Assembly (NCBI GenBank): GCA_947259195.1
Contig: CAMYLC010000067.1
Span: 18,070-82,069, forward strand
From: Thermoanaerobaculia bacterium
GTDB taxonomy: Bacteria > Acidobacteriota > Thermoanaerobaculia > Multivoradales > JAHEKO01
Length of the DNA: 64,000 nucleotides
Reading direction: 5' to 3'
Each line of letters starts with the position of its first letter. Position 1 is the stretch's first letter. A program made the translations under genes and the position numbers. Under the pieces are notes generated by a model. The model saw nothing but the letters and a program-made list of their open reading frames with translations. It searched no databases and was not told where the DNA came from. Below are positions 57,983 through 64,000 of the stretch, piece by piece.

Positions 57983-58819
57983 GTGAAGGAAACGACAGGC
58001 ATGATTATCGATGGCGTCGAGCTCTTTCTGAGCACTCCGGTAGAACAGGTTCCGCCCTGGGTCGGACAGCGTGAGGTCCTGATGCAGTTGCTCGCCGCCT
58101 GGTCGCGGGTGGAATCCGCAGATTTCCCCCTGAACCCGCGCCTCCTGGGGAAACCCGGTGTGGGGAAGACCACCCTCGCTTGTGCTGCTGCTCGAGAGCT
58201 GGGTCTGGATATCTACATTGCCCAGGCCACCATGGATACGCGCCCCGAGGACCTCATCGTCTCGCCGGTCCTGGCGAAGGAAGGTGGGGTTCGATACATG
58301 GCTTCGCCCTTGGTCAGCGCCATGGTTCGGGGCGGAGCCATGATTCTCGACGAAGGGAACCGAATGAGCGAGAAGTCGTGGGCATCCCTGGCTCCCCTGC
58401 TCGATCACCGGCGCTACGTGGAAAGCCTGGTGGCCGGAGTTCGTATCCCGGCGCATGACGACTTCCGCTTCGTGACCACCATGAACGAGGATGCCTCGAC
58501 CTATGAGCTGCCCGGTTACATCCACTCCCGACTGATGCCACAGATCTACATCGACTTCCCCGAGGAGGACGAAGAACGGGAGATTCTGCGTGCCCAGGTG
58601 CCGTTCGCCGACACTGAGGTCGTGGAGTACGTCTTGTCGTTCCTCCGGGCGGCACACGATCGCGACCTACGCTATACGGTTCGCGACGGCATCAATCTCG
58701 TGCGCTATGCCATGAAGCTTCTCAAGCGGGGTGAAGCTGAGAACGCACCCGATGCGGTCGATGCGGCCCTGAGACTGTCCGTGGGCGACGAGCAGATGGA
58801 GGAGTTCGAAATCTCGTGA
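57983..58819 (+). CDS. MoxR/NorQ/CbbQ-like AAA+ ATPase (AAA_5 type)
   Basis: 278-aa ORF with a GTG start (alternative ATG at 58001). Walker A LLGKPGVGKTTLA, Walker B AMILDEGNR, sensor-like FRFVTTMN and a helical lid. The size matches NorQ/CbbQ-type MoxR ATPases. Confidence 0.8.
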   Translation: MKETTGMIIDGVELFLSTPVEQVPPWVGQREVLMQLLAAWSRVESADFPLNPRLLGKPGVGKTTLACAAARELGLDIYIAQATMDTRPEDLIVSPVLAKEGGVRYMASPLVSAMVRGGAMILDEGNRMSEKSWASLAPLLDHRRYVESLVAGVRIPAHDDFRFVTTMNEDASTYELPGYIHSRLMPQIYIDFPEEDEEREILRAQVPFADTEVVEYVLSFLRAAHDRDLRYTVRDGINLVRYAMKLLKRGEAENAPDAVDAALRLSVGDEQMEEFEIS

Positions 58820-60822
58820 GCCAGCCGAGCGGCGCTGGCGTCGATCTGGATCGACTGGCCCCCGAAGTGGGTGAGGGCATTCGCCTGCTGCCGGTGGTTC
58901 ACGAACGCGTCGAGTTGGCCAGCGTCGCCCGGGCGGTACTCGAGGCCGTAGATCCGGCGGCGGTGGCCGTCGAGCTGCCGACAACCCTGAGGGAAGCGGC
59001 GGTCAGGGCCGTCGGGCGGCTTCCCCGGATCTCGCTGGTGATCTCGGAAGAACCGGGGTACCAAGCCCTGGTGTGGGTCGTGGCACCCGGTGACCCCCTG
59101 GTCGAGGCCATCCGCTGGGCGCTCGATCGTGACAGAGCCCTTTTCTGCGTCGATCCAGATCTCCCATATGAGGAGAGGCACCTAGACCGCGTTCCCGACC
59201 CCTATGCCCTCTTTCAGATGGGCGCGAGCGACTATCTCGAGAGCCTGCAACTCGGTCTGGAAGAAGGGGGCAAGTCCGAGGCCGATGATCGTCGAGAGTC
59301 GGGGATGGCCTTCCATCTTCAGCAGGCTCGCGACGAGATCTCTGGCCCCATTGTGGCATTCGTCGGAGCGGCCCACGTAGAGGGTGTCCGCTCCCGGGTG
59401 GGGGCACCCCTGGCGCATCCCTTTGCTCGTACGCGGCGCAATCGGGTTCTGGTGCGACACTTGGCTCCCAACAGTCTCACAGCACTGCTTCCGGATGCGC
59501 CGTTGGCACACGCCGTCTGGGAGCGAGTTCGGGAGGGTGAGGTTCCGGCTGAGACGGATCTGGGATCGACTCTCTCGCGTCGCCAATCCGTGATGCGCTT
59601 CGGCCTGCGAGTGATCCAAGGAGAGCGGGGGAGCGACGACGCCAACCGCGGAGAGAAACTCGTGGACTATGCCAGCTGCCTGGGAACTCGAGAGGCCCTT
59701 GGCGGCCGGTTGGCTCCCGATCGGGCACGCCTTGGCGGGGTCGTCTGGCGCATCGCAGCCGGCTCGTACACTGAGCAGACCGGCGAGTCGGCGGCCGCTT
59801 GGCAACGGAGAATGTTCTTCGACTACTCTCGGCGCTGTGCCAGGGTGCAGGGCAATCTGATACCGGGACTCTATGAATGGGTGATCGCGGCGCGCGGCGT
59901 CGGCGATGACAATCTCGCCTGGGAGGTCTTCGACGCATCCCGGACGTATCCCTGGCAGAAGGACCACGCAGAGATCGAGACCGCTTCCGTCGATGGGGAC
60001 GAACTGGATCTCGGCACGCGCTCGATCCGTTTTCGGCGTCGATTCTTTCGCGTCAAGCAGCGGCCGATCGCCGTCCCTGTGCGGCAGCACCCGCAAGCCG
60101 AAAGTCCGGAGGACTGGCTGCGGGCGTTCGATTCGTCAGGCCTGTGCTCCTACCCGCCGGAGGACCTTGTTGTCGAGGATTACGGGTGCTTTCTACAGAA
60201 GAAGGCCCTCTCGGTGCTGTCAGCGGAGCGCAAAAGGACCGAGCCATTCACCAGCAGCTTGCTGGACGGGATCGACGTTCGGGAGACGCTTCGCAACGTC
60301 CATGAAGACCGGATCTATGTGGAAGAGAAGGGACAAGTGCCGGGTGATGCAGGATCGGTGGTGGTCGTCTTCGATCGAGACTTGGACAACGAGCGGTACC
60401 CCTTTGCCATGACCTGGTTGGGAGAGCACGATCAGGAATCGGATATGGCGTTCTATGCGACGAATCCGGCGGACCAGGTGGTGGGTCCCGGAATGATGCG
60501 GGCGACCTACGGCGGTTTCGTGTTGACGCAGCCGAGGGGCAGGCTGTTCGATGTCTGGTCGGATGATGACTATCGACTCGCTCGTGGCAAGGCGGAGGTT
60601 CTGCTGATGGCCGCCGTCGACTACAGCCTCGAGAAGATCGTGGTGCATCTGGCGGCGGAGGCTCCCGCTGAGAGATTGCGCCGCTATGCCGCTGCTCAGG
60701 GCAAGCAGATCCTCCACATCCCGCTCGCCTCTCTCTCTCCCCTGAGCCTGAAAAAGATCCGTGTCATGCATATTCTTGCCGGCCGCGACAAGCGTGCTAT
60801 CGCGAAAGACTACATTTGGTGA
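58816..60822 (+). CDS. Large uncharacterised protein, N-terminus TraB/GumN-like, overall reminiscent of DUF5682
   Basis: 668-aa ORF with a GTGA overlap to the AAA+ gene. LLPVVHERVELASVARAVLEAVDPAAVAVELP, PLVEAIRWALDRDRALFCVDPDLP and IVAFVGAAHVEG resemble TraB/DUF5682 N-terminal patterns from memory. No TM and no clear MIDAS (DxSxS) motif. Confidence 0.55.
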   Translation: MSQPSGAGVDLDRLAPEVGEGIRLLPVVHERVELASVARAVLEAVDPAAVAVELPTTLREAAVRAVGRLPRISLVISEEPGYQALVWVVAPGDPLVEAIRWALDRDRALFCVDPDLPYEERHLDRVPDPYALFQMGASDYLESLQLGLEEGGKSEADDRRESGMAFHLQQARDEISGPIVAFVGAAHVEGVRSRVGAPLAHPFARTRRNRVLVRHLAPNSLTALLPDAPLAHAVWERVREGEVPAETDLGSTLSRRQSVMRFGLRVIQGERGSDDANRGEKLVDYASCLGTREALGGRLAPDRARLGGVVWRIAAGSYTEQTGESAAAWQRRMFFDYSRRCARVQGNLIPGLYEWVIAARGVGDDNLAWEVFDASRTYPWQKDHAEIETASVDGDELDLGTRSIRFRRRFFRVKQRPIAVPVRQHPQAESPEDWLRAFDSSGLCSYPPEDLVVEDYGCFLQKKALSVLSAERKRTEPFTSSLLDGIDVRETLRNVHEDRIYVEEKGQVPGDAGSVVVVFDRDLDNERYPFAMTWLGEHDQESDMAFYATNPADQVVGPGMMRATYGGFVLTQPRGRLFDVWSDDDYRLARGKAEVLLMAAVDYSLEKIVVHLAAEAPAERLRRYAAAQGKQILHIPLASLSPLSLKKIRVMHILAGRDKRAIAKDYIW

Positions 60823-60827
60823 TTGCA

Positions 60828-61177
60828 CGCCTGGGGCCTGGGTCCTGGGCAGATGACCCTCTTCTCGTAGAGGCCCGTCCGGGTGGTCCGCAGGCGGACG
60901 GCGACGGCTACTCAGACTACGACGGGCGGGCCGTCCCCTCGTCTCGTCATCGCGCCTCATCTGTTGTGCCCTTTGATGGCCCTGGCGCCGCGCTCGACTC
61001 GGCGCCCCCTGTCGAACCACCCGGACGGACCCCCCCAACCAAGGTCAACTGCGTAGGACCCAAGCCTCAGGACCTCAGTGCCTCAAGCCCTCAAAGGTCG
61101 GTCGGAGCAAGCGACGGACGATTCAACCCCCAAGCCTTCCAAGGCCGGCTGGAAGGTACGCCCGACCGCTTCAACCC
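60828..61177. repeat. Mosaic intergenic repeat cluster, locus 4 of 4 (convergent junction, 668-aa protein gene -> <- methyltransferase)
   Basis: CCTGGGGCCTGGGTCCTGGGCAGATGACC (60830-60858) and CCTCAAGCCCTCAAAGGTCGG...ATTCAACCCCCAAGCCTTCCAAGGCCGGCTGGAAGGTACGCCCGACCGCTTCAACCC (61081-61177). The latter parallels 29701-29789. Confidence 0.8.
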
Positions 61178-61932
61178 ATCTGGCCGTAGTACACCTGGGT
61201 GTCGTACTCGATGCTGACGTGATCGTCGATCTCGTGGGCCTCGAAAATCTCGCGTAGGGCCCGAAGCATGTCGGTGTGGCGGGGATGGTCCGGACCAGGG
61301 GTGTAGGAGGACGACAGGAGACGGGCCTTCAAGCCTTCGAAGCGGAAGCTCTGGTGGTTGTCGAAGGTGGCGGTGCCGATCGGCGCGCTGCCGTAGAAGG
61401 ACTGGATCTCCTTGGGCCCGATCCGAGTATGGTCAACCTCCTGGTAGTCCGTACCGTAGGCGAGCAGTAGTTCTTCGTAGGCTTGCAGAAATGGGCTGCT
61501 CTGCTTCCTGCGGTCGTTCCAGAGCAGGACCACCCAGCCTCGCGGCCGCAGTATCCTGGCGAATTCGCGTCGCGCCGCCCTGGCCTCGAACCAGTGAAAA
61601 GCCTGGCCGGCCGCCACCAGATCGACACAAGCACCAGGCAGTCCGGTGTCCTCGGCACTTGCGGCGAGGCTGGTGAAGAGGCGGTAGGTCGCCAGCAACG
61701 CCTCACCTGCTCTTCTCATCTGGGCATTGGGCTCGACGCCGTAGACTCGACAGCCACTTTCCAGGAAGAGACGGCTCAGAAAGCCGGTGCCGGAACCGAT
61801 GTCTGCCACCGCCCAGCCGGGTGAGAGACCACATTCAGCCTCCAGGAGCTCGACCACCGCCTGCGGGTAGGAGGGCCGGGAGCGGACGTAGCTTTCCACA
61901 CGACGGCCGAATCGTTCCGTAGGTTTCTTCAT
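61171..61932 (-). CDS. Class I SAM-dependent methyltransferase
   Basis: The start at 61932 (MKKPTERFGRRVESY) avoids overlapping the PilZ gene. SAM motif I VADIGSGTGFLS and Methyltransf_11-like VDLVAAGQAFHWF. Confidence 0.8.
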   Translation of the reverse strand: MKKPTERFGRRVESYVRSRPSYPQAVVELLEAECGLSPGWAVADIGSGTGFLSRLFLESGCRVYGVEPNAQMRRAGEALLATYRLFTSLAASAEDTGLPGACVDLVAAGQAFHWFEARAARREFARILRPRGWVVLLWNDRRKQSSPFLQAYEELLLAYGTDYQEVDHTRIGPKEIQSFYGSAPIGTATFDNHQSFRFEGLKARLLSSSYTPGPDHPRHTDMLRALREIFEAHEIDDHVSIEYDTQVYYGQMG

Positions 61933-62011
61933 GGTACTCGCTGTGGATATGCCGCCAGTGACACCCCGCGAATCGTTGGTGTGCAGCGGCCGTCCTGCAC
62001 CTGGCTCGGCT

Positions 62012-62359
62012 CTACGGTTCCGGGCTGTCCAGCACGGCCTCAAGGGCCTCGATGTCTTCGGGTGTCAAGTCTAGAAACTGGAGCCCGACGTCGAAGGATG
62101 CCGGTGCGTCTGCCGGTAGCTCCTGGAGCCAGACTACTTCGGTGAGGAAGGTCAGTTTCGACTCGTCCGGGAGCCTGAGCTCGACCTCGAGTCTGTGCCC
62201 GGGTTCCATTGGGGCATCGCTGTAGACGCGAACACCCCCCAGGCCCACATCGACGAGAAGACCTCCCCGCCCGGCCGAAGGACCCACTGGTCGGCAGTAG
62301 ATCGGCGCCTGCAGCCGTGGATAGCGCCTTCTCTCCTCGCGATCCGTGTGATCAGTCAA
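62012..62359 (-). CDS. PilZ domain protein (putative c-di-GMP receptor)
   Basis: 115-aa ORF. RRxxxR-type motif (EERRRYPRL) and D/NxSxxG-like LLVDVGLGGVRV. Confidence 0.7.
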   Translation of the reverse strand: MTDHTDREERRRYPRLQAPIYCRPVGPSAGRGGLLVDVGLGGVRVYSDAPMEPGHRLEVELRLPDESKLTFLTEVVWLQELPADAPASFDVGLQFLDLTPEDIEALEAVLDSPEP

Positions 62360-62441
62360 TGCCTCTCTGTTTCCCTCTTCCTTCAGTCAGAGCTTACCAC
62401 TTGCTCAGGAATGTAGAGCCGTTCCTCGGCAGGTCGCCGAT

Positions 62442-64000
62442 CTACATCCGGTCCGGCAGGGGTAGCCCCAGGAGGTCGCTGAGCACGGTCAGGCCCTGGA
62501 CAAACACCTGCATCGTTGCCAGTCGGGCATGGCGTTGCCTTGAGTCCTGCTCCTGCAGGATGGGGTGACGATGGTAGATAGCGTGGAATTTCTGCGCCAG
62601 CTCCAATGCGTGCCGGGCCAGGAGGGAGAGCTCCAGGGAGTCCGCGGCTGCCTCTGCCTTTTGTGGGATCAGCGAGACGGCCAGGATCAGGTCCCAGAGG
62701 TCGTCATCCCAGACTTCTGTTGGAAGAGCGGTTGCCTCTGCTGGTGAGACCTCGGTAGGGAGGCCGACCTCTCCGAGCCGGCGGCTTATATTGAGCGCTC
62801 TGACAGCTGAATACTGCAGGTAGGGTCCGGAGTCACCCTCGAAGCTCAAGGCCTCGTCGAGGTCGAAGGCGATGATCCGATTCGTCGTCGCCTTGACCAT
62901 GAAGAAGCGAAGAGCCGCGATCGCAATCTGGCGTGCCAAGATGTCGAGGGCCTCGGAGCTCAGCTCGCGATTCCTGGCGCTGATCTCCTCACGACTCTTG
63001 GCTTCCAGCCGGTCGATCAGGTCGTCGGCCTTGACTCCGATTCCCTTGCGCCCAGACATCTCGAGGCTACCTGAGGCCTCCTCGGTGTCGTCTTCGAGGA
63101 ATCCGAACTGACGCGCTGTCGACGGCGAGAGGGTTACCATTTCATAGGCGAAGTGGATCGACCGCCTGGCCTGCTCGTGGTAGCCGAGCGCGTCGAGCCC
63201 GGCACGGACGATCTTCTGCAGGTAGCCCTGGCGGATGTCGATCACGTTGATCACGCGGTCTGCCTTGCCAAAGCTCGGGTGCTCGGGCACGCCGTCTACA
63301 GTGGTCTCCCAGACGTCCTCCGCCCGCCAGAAGCGATACTGGAAGTCCTTGTCGAGAAGGCCGAACTTCCACAGCTGGTAGGCGATGTCCTTGCCGACAT
63401 AGGTCACGGTACCGTCGGAGCGCACGATCACCTTGTCGGGATCCTCGAGGCCGGCAAACTCCTCGCTTTCCGACAGTGGCATGACCCAGCAACCTACGTT
63501 CTTGCCGGCGTCTTCAAAACGGACGGCATCTGTGGATTTGAGTTGCTCGAAGGCGTCGGAAAAGAAGTCGAGGCCCAGCACCGCTCCCTCGTGGGTCAGT
63601 AGATCGTAGGCGATGTCCAGTCGTCGCATCGTCGCCAGATGACGGCTGACGACGCGGCGTGAAACGAGCCGTGCCATCTCGGCACGAGGTCCGCTGCCGT
63701 GCTCGAGCTCCTGCAGGGTCAGGCGGCGGAGCTCCTGGTTCTCAGGGTCTTCCCCGTACCACCTACCGACTTCGCTGTAGAGATCCCAGCAGTAGTAGTC
63801 GAAGGGCTCGGGTAGGGCGGCGACCTCCTCGAGAGTCATCTGCCGCAGGTCCATGAAGCCGACGACGACGTCGGCCAGCTGCACACCCGTGTCGTCGATG
63901 TAGTTCTCTACCTCGACGGTATGTCCCAGGGCACGTAGGACCTTGCTCAACACATCCCCGAGGACCGCATTGCGAAGATGACCGATGTGCGCTGCCTTGT
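62442..64000 (-). CDS. argS: Arginine--tRNA ligase (N-terminus beyond window end)
   Basis: The frame is open to the window end. The reverse complement of the last bases encodes KAAHIGHLRN (class I HIGH motif). It also has an MSGRKG motif and a C-terminal DALR anticodon-binding helical domain. Confidence 0.9.
   Translation of the reverse strand, partial: KAAHIGHLRNAVLGDVLSKVLRALGHTVEVENYIDDTGVQLADVVVGFMDLRQMTLEEVAALPEPFDYYCWDLYSEVGRWYGEDPENQELRRLTLQELEHGSGPRAEMARLVSRRVVSRHLATMRRLDIAYDLLTHEGAVLGLDFFSDAFEQLKSTDAVRFEDAGKNVGCWVMPLSESEEFAGLEDPDKVIVRSDGTVTYVGKDIAYQLWKFGLLDKDFQYRFWRAEDVWETTVDGVPEHPSFGKADRVINVIDIRQGYLQKIVRAGLDALGYHEQARRSIHFAYEMVTLSPSTARQFGFLEDDTEEASGSLEMSGRKGIGVKADDLIDRLEAKSREEISARNRELSSEALDILARQIAIAALRFFMVKATTNRIIAFDLDEALSFEGDSGPYLQYSAVRALNISRRLGEVGLPTEVSPAEATALPTEVWDDDLWDLILAVSLIPQKAEAAADSLELSLLARHALELAQKFHAIYHRHPILQEQDSRQRHARLATMQVFVQGLTVLSDLLGLPLPDRM

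Noticed and set aside
61933-62043. Longer start for the methyltransferase (ORF track 61171-62043), which overlaps the PilZ gene by 32 nt.
   Set aside because: The extension is Arg/Gly-rich with no methyltransferase similarity. The internal Met (MKKPTERFGRR) leaves an 79-nt gap after the PilZ gene and gives a typical class I methyltransferase length.

Overview
GC-rich chromosomal window from a diderm bacterium. LPS core genes, a secretin and a very large TonB-dependent receptor suggest an Acidobacteriota-like lineage, but that is inference only. About 55 protein genes and one tRNA are supported; I saw no rRNA, CRISPR array, integrase or transposase.

Gene order:
- 5'-truncated YfhO-like membrane protein.
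- Biotin carboxylase plus a small biotinyl carrier protein.
- Minus-strand LPS block: GT9 heptosyltransferase, lpxK, waaA.
- ECF sigma and anti-sigma pair, leading into a 12-kb T2SS/T4P-hybrid cluster (mini-secretin-like protein, GspF, GspE, PilM/N/O/P-like, a lipo-TPR-secretin-cohesin fusion, three pseudopilins).
- dut and a CarboxypepD_reg-type TonB-dependent receptor.
- Minus-strand SDR, nth, holin-4-family membrane protein, yqgE.
- Initiator tRNA-fMet.
- eno, ftsB, a CPA2 antiporter, mfd and two SurA/PpiC-type PPIases.
- A complete dcw cluster: mraZ-rsmH-ftsL-ftsI-murE-murF-mraY-murD-ftsW-murG-murC-ftsQ-ftsA-ftsZ.
- vanZ-like gene.
- A seven-gene cluster of mostly uncharacterised proteins at 53.7-60.8 kb.
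- Minus-strand methyltransferase, PilZ protein and 5'-truncated argS.

Most interesting candidates:
1. The 53.7-60.8 kb cluster. It holds a helical protein, a YdjI-like SPFH protein with a Zn-ribbon, three paralogous CxxC-x14-CxxC Zn-ribbon proteins, a MoxR-type AAA+ ATPase and a 668-aa TraB/DUF5682-like protein.
2. The unusual domain architecture of the secretion cluster.
3. A mosaic intergenic repeat family found only at four convergent gene junctions, several of which supply the stop codons of flanking genes.

All family assignments rest on motif recognition by eye. No database search was run.
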